Source of the DNA: an uncultured delta proteobacterium
GTDB taxonomy: Bacteria; Desulfobacterota; Binatia; UBA9968
Direction of reading: 5' to 3'
NCBI GenBank assembly: GCA_963755715.1
Contig: CAVWLW010000075.1
Location: 24,483 to 88,482 of the forward strand
DNA: 64,000 nt
The translations under genes were made by a program, and so were the position numbers. The notes beneath the pieces were generated by a model. It saw only the letters and a list, made by a program, of their open reading frames with translations. It did no database searches and was not told the DNA's origin. Shown in pieces: positions 24,671-33,392 of this stretch (position 1 is the first letter of the stretch; each line of letters begins with the position of its first letter).

Positions 24671-25279
24671 ATGGCAAGTAGTTCTCACTCTTCCCACGGA
24701 CACGATCCCCATCATTGGGATTCAGCTGAATATGTTTCGAATTGGGCAAAGGGGCAGGATCCCAAGGAAAGAAATCGGCAAGAAGCGTTCCGCTTGCTCG
24801 CGGATACCATTCCGTTCAACAAAACACTTCCGATCCGCATCTTGGATCTCGGCGCCGGTTACGGCGGATTAACGAAGTTTTTGCTCGAAAGTTTTCCCAA
24901 CGCCACGGCCGTGTGTCAGGACGGTTCGAAAGAGATGGCCAAGCTCGGCGGCGAGCGTATGAACAATCTCGCCGGGCGATTCGAATACGTTCTCTGCGAT
25001 TTTGCCGAGCCTGGCTGGAGCCAAAACCTCAAAGGACCTTTCGAAGCCGTGGTTTCGTCGATCGCGATTCATAACGTTGGCGAGCCGAAAATTATTCAGA
25101 GCATCTACGAAGATGTTTTCCCGTTGGTGAAAACCGGTGGCTGCTTTTTAAATTTCGATCGGCACCGTCCGCCGATCGCGGATCAAATGCAGTGGCTGCG
25201 CGGCGCCGGCTTCGCCGACGTGCAATGTTTTTGGCAGGACGAAAACCGCGCCGTATTCGGCGGTTTCAAGCGAGCCTAA
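24671..25279 (+). CDS. class I SAM-dependent methyltransferase with His-rich N-terminus
   Basis: ILDLGAGYG motif I and VVSSIAIH; AAGGAG RBS; N-terminus MASSSHSSHGHDPHH. Confidence 0.87.
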   Translation: MASSSHSSHGHDPHHWDSAEYVSNWAKGQDPKERNRQEAFRLLADTIPFNKTLPIRILDLGAGYGGLTKFLLESFPNATAVCQDGSKEMAKLGGERMNNLAGRFEYVLCDFAEPGWSQNLKGPFEAVVSSIAIHNVGEPKIIQSIYEDVFPLVKTGGCFLNFDRHRPPIADQMQWLRGAGFADVQCFWQDENRAVFGGFKRA

Positions 25280-25286
25280 ACAAACC

Positions 25287-26297
25287 ATGCGAGTGAAGTT
25301 GATACTGCTCCTGGCTTTGCCGTGGTTTTGCGTGAGCCTCGGCTGCTCGAGAAAAGAACCCAGCCGTGCGCCGGATGCTGCGCAAAAATTAAAGGTCGTC
25401 ACGACGGTAGCGCCGATCACCAGCATCGTGGAGAACGTCGCCGGCGACAAGGCGGACATCGCCGGTATCATCCCGGAAGGGATCAATTCGCACACTTTCG
25501 AGCCGGCGCCGTCGGATAGCAAGTTGCTGAGCAAGGCCGACATAATTATTTTCAACGGGCTCGACCTTGAGACACCGACGGTAAAGCTCGCGCAAGCCAA
25601 CTTGAAACAAGGAGCGGCGATCTATTCACTCGGCGACAAAACGATCAAGGAAGACCAGTACATTTACGACTTCAGCTTTCCCAAGGAACAGGGCCATCCC
25701 AACCCGCACCTCTGGTTGAATCCCGAATACGCGATGCGCTACGCGGCTCTGGCGCGCGATGAGCTCATTCGCCTCGATCCGAAAAACAAGAACTCGTATG
25801 AAACTAATAGCGCGCAGTTCATAAAAAAACTCGAAGCGCTTGATCAGGCGATTAAAGACTCGATTCAGACCATTCCGACGGGCCAACGTCGCCTGCTCAC
25901 TTATCACGACTCGTGGCCCTATTTTGCGCGCCGTTATGGCTTCCAAGTGATCGGCGCGGTGCAACCGTCCGACTTCGCCGATCCGAGCCCCAAGGAAGTA
26001 ATCCGACTGATCGAACAGATCCGCAAAGAAAAAGTTCCGGCCGTCTTCGGGTCCGAGGTTTTTCCGAGTCCGGTGCTCGCGCAGATCGCACGAGAAGCAA
26101 AAAGCCGATATATAGACAAGCTCAGAGACGACGAGCTGCCCGGCAAACCCGGCGATCCGCAGCATTCTTATATCGGCATGATGGTGGAAAATATGACGAT
26201 CATGTTCGAAGCCCTGGGCGGCTCCGCAGATGCGCTGAAGAAAGTCGAGCCGGCGCCGGTCGCGGGTTCGCACGCCGACTATCGGAGAAAGAACTGA
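25287..26297 (+). CDS. metal ABC transporter substrate-binding lipoprotein (ZnuA/TroA cluster A-I)
   Basis: Lipobox SLGC; metal ligands in NSHTFEP, PNPHLWL and TYHDSWPYFARRYG. Confidence 0.93.
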   Translation: MRVKLILLLALPWFCVSLGCSRKEPSRAPDAAQKLKVVTTVAPITSIVENVAGDKADIAGIIPEGINSHTFEPAPSDSKLLSKADIIIFNGLDLETPTVKLAQANLKQGAAIYSLGDKTIKEDQYIYDFSFPKEQGHPNPHLWLNPEYAMRYAALARDELIRLDPKNKNSYETNSAQFIKKLEALDQAIKDSIQTIPTGQRRLLTYHDSWPYFARRYGFQVIGAVQPSDFADPSPKEVIRLIEQIRKEKVPAVFGSEVFPSPVLAQIAREAKSRYIDKLRDDELPGKPGDPQHSYIGMMVENMTIMFEALGGSADALKKVEPAPVAGSHADYRRKN

Positions 26298-26299
26298 GA

Positions 26300-27163
26300 A
26301 TGGTAAATCCGCACGACCATCGGCCCGGCGATCCACACAGTCTCCATCCTCCCGGCGTCGAAGAACGCTCTTACACTCGCCTCGCCGGCGTCCCGTTCGT
26401 GGAGCTGGCGAATGTCAGCAATGGCTACGGCGCCACGCCGGCGCTGACGAACGTTTCGTTAAAGATCTGGCCGGGACAGTTTATGGCGATCGTTGGGCCC
26501 AACGGCGGCGGCAAGACGACCTTGCTGCGCACGATCCTCGGCATGGTATCGACGACGACGGGGAAAGTTCTGCTGCGCGGGCGGGAAGCAAAACGTTCGG
26601 CACTGGAGCGGATCGGCTACGTGCCGCAACTGGAAACCATCGACTGGAACTTTCCGATCACCGTCGAGGAAGTGATTTCCATGGGGTTCTTCGTCAAGAG
26701 TCGCTGGTTCGGTGGCATCGGTGAGAAGGAAAAGCGCAAACTTCAGGAAATCATGAAGCGGTTGAATCTAGACGGCCTCGGCGCTCGCCATATTCGTGAG
26801 CTTTCCGGCGGCCAGCAACAGGCGGTGTTTATCGGCCGCGCCCTCCTCGGCGATCCCGAATTGATCCTGCTCGACGAGCCGGCGTCCGGACTCGACATTC
26901 GCTCACGCGATGACGTGATTCACTTCCTCCACGAGATCAATCACGAAGGGGTCGCCATCGTGCTGACGGCCCACGATTTGAACTGGGTGGCCGCCCACTT
27001 GCCTTGGGCGGTGTGTCTCAACCATCGACTGATTGCCGAAGGCCGGCCCCATGAAATTTTTAACGCCGACGTCTTAAAAGAAGTTTACAGCGGCGAGCTT
27101 GTTGTCATGCATCAAGACGGCATGGTCATGATCGGCGAACGCCCCCACGCACCGCACAACTAA
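26300..27163 (+). CDS. metal ABC transporter ATP-binding protein (ZnuC-like)
   Basis: GPNGGGKTT, IGYVPQ, LSGGQQQ and LLDEP; starts MVNPHDH. Confidence 0.93.
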   Translation: MVNPHDHRPGDPHSLHPPGVEERSYTRLAGVPFVELANVSNGYGATPALTNVSLKIWPGQFMAIVGPNGGGKTTLLRTILGMVSTTTGKVLLRGREAKRSALERIGYVPQLETIDWNFPITVEEVISMGFFVKSRWFGGIGEKEKRKLQEIMKRLNLDGLGARHIRELSGGQQQAVFIGRALLGDPELILLDEPASGLDIRSRDDVIHFLHEINHEGVAIVLTAHDLNWVAAHLPWAVCLNHRLIAEGRPHEIFNADVLKEVYSGELVVMHQDGMVMIGERPHAPHN

Positions 27164-27263
27164 CATCGCAATTGATGTTCAAAAGCCGCAACCGTTCAAC
27201 ATAAAGTCGCAGAATTTGAAACCACTGCGTAGTTTTATCTAAGTAACGATTCTTGAACCTCCA

Positions 27264-28100
27264 ATGTCTCTTCTAATTCCCTTCGAATACGAATTTTTTC
27301 GTAACGGCTTCATTGCAGCGGTAGTGATCGGTGCGCTCTGCGGCTTTATCGGCGTCTATGTCGTCCTGCGGCGCATGAGCTACATCGGCCACGGCCTGTC
27401 CCACGCTATCTTCGGTGGCGCGGTGCTCAGCTACGTGCTGAACATTAATTTTTTTATCGGCGGCGGGCTCTGGGCGTTACTCGCCGGCGTTTTGATTCAC
27501 TGGATCAGCCACCGCCGTTGGGTCGGCGCTGATGCGGCTATCGGCGTCGTGACGACGTCCAGCTTCGCTCTTGGCGTCGCGATCATTTCCACGCACCGGA
27601 CCTTTACGCGCAACATCGAAGCCGCGCTCTTCGGCAACATCCTCGGCATCACCGGGACCGACGTCTGGATCGTCGTCCTCGTCTCCCTGATCGTCTCCTG
27701 CGCGCTTTTTCTAATTCGCCGACCGCTGCTCTTCGCCACGTTCGATCCCGAGGTGGCATCGGCGTACGGCGTTTCCACCGGCAAGATCGATCTTCTTTTC
27801 ATCATCCTCTTGGCGGCGACCGTGCTCGCTTCGACGCAGATTCTCGGCGTAACTTTGGTCGCCGCCGCCATGGTCATCCCGCCGGTAATCGCGCGCTACT
27901 TGACGCAGCGTTTTCAAACCCTGCTGATCGTCTCGCCGCTGCTCGGCGCATTTTGCGGCGGCGCGGGGATGTTTTTGAGCTTCTCTTTCGACATCTCTTC
28001 CGCCGCGACGATCGTGCTGACGTCGGCGGCGCTGTTTTTCTTGTTGGAATTGATCTTGATTGCGCGCAGCGCGAAACCCAGTGCCATGCACTACCAATAA
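27264..28100 (+). CDS. metal ABC transporter permease (ZnuB-like)
   Basis: GVYVVLRRMSYIGHGLSH, DAAIG, LFGNILG and TFDPEVA. Confidence 0.93.
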   Translation: MSLLIPFEYEFFRNGFIAAVVIGALCGFIGVYVVLRRMSYIGHGLSHAIFGGAVLSYVLNINFFIGGGLWALLAGVLIHWISHRRWVGADAAIGVVTTSSFALGVAIISTHRTFTRNIEAALFGNILGITGTDVWIVVLVSLIVSCALFLIRRPLLFATFDPEVASAYGVSTGKIDLLFIILLAATVLASTQILGVTLVAAAMVIPPVIARYLTQRFQTLLIVSPLLGAFCGGAGMFLSFSFDISSAATIVLTSAALFFLLELILIARSAKPSAMHYQ

Positions 28101-28169
28101 GGATGTCGGCAAGAAACCGCTTGATCGTTTCCCAGACCGTGTATAGAATCGCGCTATCGTGGTCTTTTG

Positions 28170-28544
28170 ATGAAACCTATCGCTCTTCGCCCCCGGCCAC
28201 TCATCACACGCAGCGCGTCCGCGCTCTGGGCTGCGTCTTTTCTGTTTTTCTTACTCTATTCCGCGCCCCATCAGGTACATCATTTTTTCGATCAGTTTCC
28301 CCAAGCGCATCAACACGATGCTGATCATGAACATGCGCCCACCGATCGCAACAACCGTTCTGCCGCCGACTCTAACTGTGTCTTTCAAGTCGCGGCAAGC
28401 CGATGTCATCTCGGCTTGGCGTCGCAAGTTATTCCTGCTTCGCTGCCAATCCTAGTCCGCCCTCTCAGCTTCTTCCACGCCAGCGACCGCGGTGCCGATC
28501 CTTTCCCGACAGCATTCCAGAGCCGCGCTCCTCCACTAGTCTAA
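28170..28544 (+). CDS. exported His/Cys-rich protein with C-terminal RAPP arrest motif (DUF2946/CruR-like leader)
   Basis: Hydrophobic signal, HQVHH, HQHDADHEH, two Cys (CVFQVAASRCH), and C-terminus FQSRAPPLV*. Confidence 0.75.
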   Translation: MKPIALRPRPLITRSASALWAASFLFFLLYSAPHQVHHFFDQFPQAHQHDADHEHAPTDRNNRSAADSNCVFQVAASRCHLGLASQVIPASLPILVRPLSFFHASDRGADPFPTAFQSRAPPLV

Positions 28545-28849
28545 CTGACCTCACATCAGCAGTTATTTCCAAATACGCGCGCTATTGCCAGGCCCTCAAG
28601 CAATCAGGCGCGCGCGAAGTAGTTTTCCAGGGGAGTCTATGAAGCGCTGTTTCAGCATCGCGCTTGACGCGCTCTGTCCCAATTTAACCTTAACCGACAG
28701 CGGGTCAGATAATCGCGGCTTCGGCGCCGAACGTCACGAGGTTTCAACGGCGAGAGACACCCATGTAACTCATGGAGATTGCACATTGACCATCGTTGAC
28801 AAATCTCCATGAGAAGCAATCTCGACAGAACAAGTTTACGGAGATACCA

Positions 28850-29667
28850 ATGACAAGTTCAAAATTAAAAATATTCTTGCTGATCAGCGCGGCGCTAATC
28901 TTGCCGCGCTCAGTCCAGGGCCACGACGGCTGGATCCAGGTCACCAGATCGTCGAAAAGGGTCAGCCAGTGTCTATTGCGCTCATGCACGGCAACCACTC
29001 CAACGAACATGGAAGTTTTCGTCTCGCCGGCAAATGGGATGCGCAGTACACGAAATTGCTCGTTATCGATCCGTCCGGAAAAATAAGCGATCTCACCAAC
29101 ACAATTGTCGACCTCGGGGAAGATCCCGAGAAGACCGGACCCAAGGGTCCGAAAGGTTCTCATCTGGCGCGGTTCACGCCAAAAACAGACGGCGTTTATA
29201 TCGTGCTGGCTCGACAGGAGCGAAGCCTGCAACAAGGGGACGGGCCCAAACTGCGGACGATGAGAAACGCCAGATCGGCATTCGTTGCGCTGGGCAATCC
29301 GAAGGTCGTCGAGGCACAAAAGGCGAAAGGCTTCGAGAGAACCTTTGCGCTGAACAATCTTTTGGAGATCGTCCCGATGAGCAATCCTTTCAGCACGACC
29401 GAGAAAGGCACTCTGATCCTGCAAGTGCTATTAAATGGCCAACCGGCAGCAAACCAGTCAGTGACTGTCATTGGCCAAATGGCCAGCGCGGCGTCGGCGC
29501 AAGATCTGAAAACCGATAGCCAGGGACGTGTTCACGTCACGGTCGGTGCGCCGGACACCTATCTTGCCCGGGTCAAGTTTGACGAAGACGTCCGTCAATC
29601 ATCCGAGCAAACTGACAAGAGTTCTTACGAGGCGACGTATGTCTTTCAAGTTTTCAATCGCAGCTAA
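28850..29667 (+). CDS. DUF4198 family periplasmic protein (frameshift near 28945)
   Basis: Signal peptide followed by HDGWI; HGNHSNEH; LEIVPMSNP; LQVLLNGQP; KTDSQGRV; C-terminal YEATYVFQV. Confidence 0.75.
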
Positions 29668-30016
29668 TCTCGCTCTGGCCGCGCTGTTTTGTGCCCGGAT
29701 TCAGCCCGCTTTCGGACACGCTTATCCAATCATCGTGTCTCCGGCTGACGGCGCCTCGCTCAAAGAATCGCCGCGCGAAGTCCGGATGCAATTTACCGAG
29801 GGTATCGAGCTCGCGTTCAGCCGGATCACGGTGAAGGGAGCCAAAGGCGAAGTGGTAGGCCAAGGTAAATTACGTCAATTGGCCGATGACACCGTCGCGA
29901 TCGACCTGAAGCCTTTAAGCGCCGGAAATTATACCATCGAATGGCAAGTACTCTCCGTCGATACCCATATAACGGAAGGCACGCTGCACTTCACGTTCAG
30001 CCCGGGCGGTAAATAG
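29639..30016 (+). CDS. copC: copper resistance protein CopC
   Basis: Mature N-terminal His (HAYPIIVSPADGA) and WQVLSVDTHITEG Cu(II) motif. Confidence 0.9.
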   Translation: MSFKFSIAANLALAALFCARIQPAFGHAYPIIVSPADGASLKESPREVRMQFTEGIELAFSRITVKGAKGEVVGQGKLRQLADDTVAIDLKPLSAGNYTIEWQVLSVDTHITEGTLHFTFSPGGK

Positions 30017-30024
30017 TCACGTCT

Positions 30025-31283
30025 ATGCTCGCGCTCGAAGCTATTGTCTCGGCATTGAGTTTTATCGCTCTCGCGCTGTTTCTTGGACAGATCGTCGCCG
30101 CCGGTTTTTTATTGCCGGGCGGCGAGCCGCGGACGTTTCGCGCGAGTCTCATGCATGGGGGTTTAATCTCGTTGAGCGCATTTCTTGGCATCGCGCTCAT
30201 CGCTCTATTTTTGCAAGGCGCAAAAATTCAGCGCGCGATCCCATCGCTCGAGTTGCTTTGGCGCTATCTTACGATGACGCAAAGCGGTCACGTCTGGCTT
30301 GGACGGGAAACCTACGGTGCGGCATTGATTCTAATTGTTTGGACTTTTGTGAAAAAGGCGAACGGTGTCAAAGCCGTTCGAACCTTCGCGGTACTGGCCC
30401 TGCCGCTGGTCGCAAGCCGCAGTTTGATGAGTCATGCCGCGGCGCTGCGCGAAGGCGCCGCCGTGGCGATCGCCGCCGACGCGCTCCATTCAATCGCGAC
30501 GGCGCTTTGGGCTGGCGGTTTGATGGCTCTCTGCCGAGTACTTTTCCTCGCCGCCAAACGCTGGCCACAAGCCGCTTCGTGGCGTGCGGAAATCGTCAAT
30601 CGCTTCTCTCGTCTCGCTCTTGTCAGCGTCGCGCTGATTATCGCCACGGGTACCTATCAAAGCTGGATCCACGTCGGCGGTTTCGAAACACTGGTCAATA
30701 CCGACTATGGAAAGACTCTGATACTCAAACTAGTATTTTTCGTTCTTATGCTCGGATTAGGTGCGTTGAATTTATTCGCGACAAAACCCCTGCTGAAACG
30801 CCTCGCACCGCCGGCGACAACCAGCCATCGGAGAACAGGAAATCATTGCGGAGAATCGCCGTCGAAAGTATTATGGGTTTGCTAATTTTCAGCGCCACGG
30901 GCTTGCTGACCGTGCTTCCACCAGGAGTTCATGCCGTCCACCAAGCCGCCACGATGAATCGATCCGCCATCTCAACGACCGCCACCGGCACGGCTCAACC
31001 GCTGATGCTCGCAGAAGGCGCTCGGGTTAAGATTTTGTCTCCTGCACCGCAGCAAATATTCACCGGTGACAAAGTGCCGTTAAAATTCACTTTAACCAAG
31101 GGCAAGCGCGGCGCGCACGTGCACGCGTACATCGACGGTGAATTATTGGGCATGTTTGAAAGCCAACAGGGAACCTTGAATGGCATCACGCCGGGTCGTC
31201 ATACATTGGAGCTGCGTGTCGTCGCCGCTGATCATCAAACGGAATTGGATGCCAAGGATCGTATTGAATTCATCGTCAAATAG
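30025..31283 (+). CDS. copD: CopD family copper importer fused to a C-terminal HVH beta domain (frameshift near 30810)
   Basis: SLMSHAAA, DALHSIATALWAGG, RFSRLAL and TDYGKTLILKL. The second frame supplies the last TM (IAVESIMGL...LTVLPP) and a soluble domain. Confidence 0.8.
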
Positions 31284-31298
31284 GTTGAAGAGGGAAAT

Positions 31299-31712
31299 AT
31301 GAAATTTTTGAATTTGGCCGCTGCCTTCTTGTCCGTGGGTTTCGTCGCAGTCGCTCAAGAGGGCCACGACCACATGAAGAGCATGGAGACGCCAACCAAG
31401 CAGACTGAGAAAACGGCGGCGAAATCGGCTCTGAAGCCGGCTCAGGGCGCCAGCGTCAAAATTGTTTCTCCTAAAGCGGGCCAGGTCATCAAGGGCGACT
31501 CCGTACCGCTCGAGTTCAAACTGACCAAGGGCAAGATCGGCGAGCATGTTCATGCTTACGTCGACGGCGAGATGGCGGGCATGTTCAAAGGCGCCAAGGG
31601 AACCTTGAATGGCATCAAGCCGGGCCAACACACTCTAGAGCTCCGAGTCACCACCGGCGATCACAACACCGAGTTAAATGCCACTGACACCGTGCAGTTT
31701 GTCGTCAAATAG
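31299..31712 (+). CDS. periplasmic HVH-motif beta-sandwich protein (DUF4399/DUF6130-like)
   Basis: Signal peptide; EGHDHM; SVKIVSP...EHVHAYVDG...PGQHTLELRV...DH. Paralogous to the CopD C-terminal domain. Confidence 0.7.
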   Translation: MKFLNLAAAFLSVGFVAVAQEGHDHMKSMETPTKQTEKTAAKSALKPAQGASVKIVSPKAGQVIKGDSVPLEFKLTKGKIGEHVHAYVDGEMAGMFKGAKGTLNGIKPGQHTLELRVTTGDHNTELNATDTVQFVVK

Positions 31713-31726
31713 AGAAAGGATTTGTT

Positions 31727-32638
31727 GTGAACTGGATCTGTCACAAACAGCGCGGCCTCGCCAGGGTTGTCTTCTCACTCTTGACGGTTTTGCAGCTGTT
31801 TGGCGGGGCGAAAGATTTGTCCGGCGCCGAGCGCGCTATGGACACGCAAGACCCGATGACCGTAATCCAGAGTTACCTGCGCGCAACTTATGCCCGCGAT
31901 TTCGCCGCCGCCTATCGGTTTATTTCGGCCGAAGACCGCAACGTGCGTGACGTGAATCGTTACGTTCAGCAACGCGGTCCTTACAGCGGCTTCATACTCG
32001 ATGCAGCGAGAAAGCTCAGCGAATTTATCGAAGTCGGGATATTGAACGCGCAAGAATCGCCGCGCGGTGTCCGCATGGCGATCAAGTACCGCGTGCCCGA
32101 CCCGCAAAAAATCGCGCCGCTGTTGTTGAATTGGGACGCTCGTCGACTGAACTCTCTGCCAGCGACCGAGCGCAAACAAATCATCGATGCGCTTGATAAG
32201 CGCCAGCACGAAGGCTCTCTTGAAATGAGCGAAGGACAAGAAATATTCGAGCTGATTAGAGAAGCGAACGAGTGGCGAGTTTTTTTGAATTGGCAAGCCG
32301 GTGTTAAAATCCCGCTCAAGCTCGACTTGTCCAAGTCGCCGGACTTGGACGTGATGCTTTCCAAGAATGAATTCGTCGTACAGCCCGGCGACTTGTTCGA
32401 GATCGTCTTAAAAATCAAAAACCGCACCCAACAGCCGATGACCGTGCGCATTGGCCATCTCGTCGAGCCCAGCACGATCGCCGATTATCTCGATTTCGTC
32501 CAGTGCGGTTTTCTCTTGCCGGTAACGGTTCAGCCGGACAAGGAACAGGAATTTTCTGGCACCTATATGCTGCGTGGCAGTCTTCCCGAAGGCGTCCGGG
32601 GCCTGAACCTGACCTACGATTTTCGTCAGCTTAAGTGA
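31727..32638 (+). CDS. exported protein with NTF2-like N-domain and CtaG/Cox11-like C-domain (paralog A)
   Basis: YARDF..AYRFISAED. The C-terminal VVQPGDLFEIV.KIKN...HLVEP...YLDFVQCGFLLPVTVQP...LTYDF resembles Cox11 but has a single Cys. Confidence 0.6.
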   Translation: MNWICHKQRGLARVVFSLLTVLQLFGGAKDLSGAERAMDTQDPMTVIQSYLRATYARDFAAAYRFISAEDRNVRDVNRYVQQRGPYSGFILDAARKLSEFIEVGILNAQESPRGVRMAIKYRVPDPQKIAPLLLNWDARRLNSLPATERKQIIDALDKRQHEGSLEMSEGQEIFELIREANEWRVFLNWQAGVKIPLKLDLSKSPDLDVMLSKNEFVVQPGDLFEIVLKIKNRTQQPMTVRIGHLVEPSTIADYLDFVQCGFLLPVTVQPDKEQEFSGTYMLRGSLPEGVRGLNLTYDFRQLK

Positions 32639-32751
32639 GCTGTTGCCGCGCTATCGACTGCCTATCTGGCAGCTCCGTGTTTTTTGTGGTTAATTGTTTT
32701 CAAAGAAAAAGTCCACGCCGTTCGTCTAATGCAATATGAGGTCAGAAACAG

Positions 32752-33342
32752 ATGAAAAACTTTAGCCGCGCTTGCCTAGCGCTGTTTTGGGCCCTGATCG
32801 GTCCATGGCAATTGAGCGATTTCAATTTCCCGGCGCTGTCAATCAGCGTCGCCAGCGCGCAAGATTCATCCTTCGAATCGAAAAAAATTGTGCCCTTTGT
32901 GCCCTCGCCGCAGGAGGTCGTCGATAAAATGATCGAGCTCGCCGGCGTGAAGAAAGACGACGTCGTGTTTGACATGGGTTCGGGTGACGGTCGGATCGTC
33001 ATCGCGGCGGCAAAAAAAGGCGCCAAAGCCACTGGCTTTGAAATCGATGGCGACCTGGTGAAAGAGTCGCGTGAAAATATTCGCAAGGCCGGCGTGCAGA
33101 ATCTAGCCGAGATTCGCCAGCAAGATATTTTGACTGTCGACTTTTCTCCCGCATCGGTCGTGACCATGTATCTGCTGCCGGACGTGAACTTGAAGTTGAA
33201 GCCTAATCTCCTTAGCCAACTGAAACCAGGCTCGCGGGTTGTCTCTCATTCCTTCGATATGGGCGATTGGAAACCGGACAAGGTCGAGAAGGTCGACTGG
33301 CGCACCATCTATCTTTGGACCATCCCGGAAAAGCGGCGCTAA
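32752..33342 (+). CDS. class I SAM methyltransferase with N-terminal signal peptide
   Basis: VPFVPSPQEVVDKMIELA, FDMGSGDGRIVI, VVTMYLLP and LKPGSRVVSHSF; signal ends ASA. Confidence 0.88.
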   Translation: MKNFSRACLALFWALIGPWQLSDFNFPALSISVASAQDSSFESKKIVPFVPSPQEVVDKMIELAGVKKDDVVFDMGSGDGRIVIAAAKKGAKATGFEIDGDLVKESRENIRKAGVQNLAEIRQQDILTVDFSPASVVTMYLLPDVNLKLKPNLLSQLKPGSRVVSHSFDMGDWKPDKVEKVDWRTIYLWTIPEKRR

Positions 33343-33392
33343 TCCGAGGGGACATTCTCGACCCATAGCCTGATCTTGCCTTCGCTTACCGA

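Noticed and set aside
25913-26299. Long N-terminal extension of the metal ABC ATPase in the ORF track
   Set aside because: It overlaps the SBP gene out of frame. The real start is the ATG at 26300.
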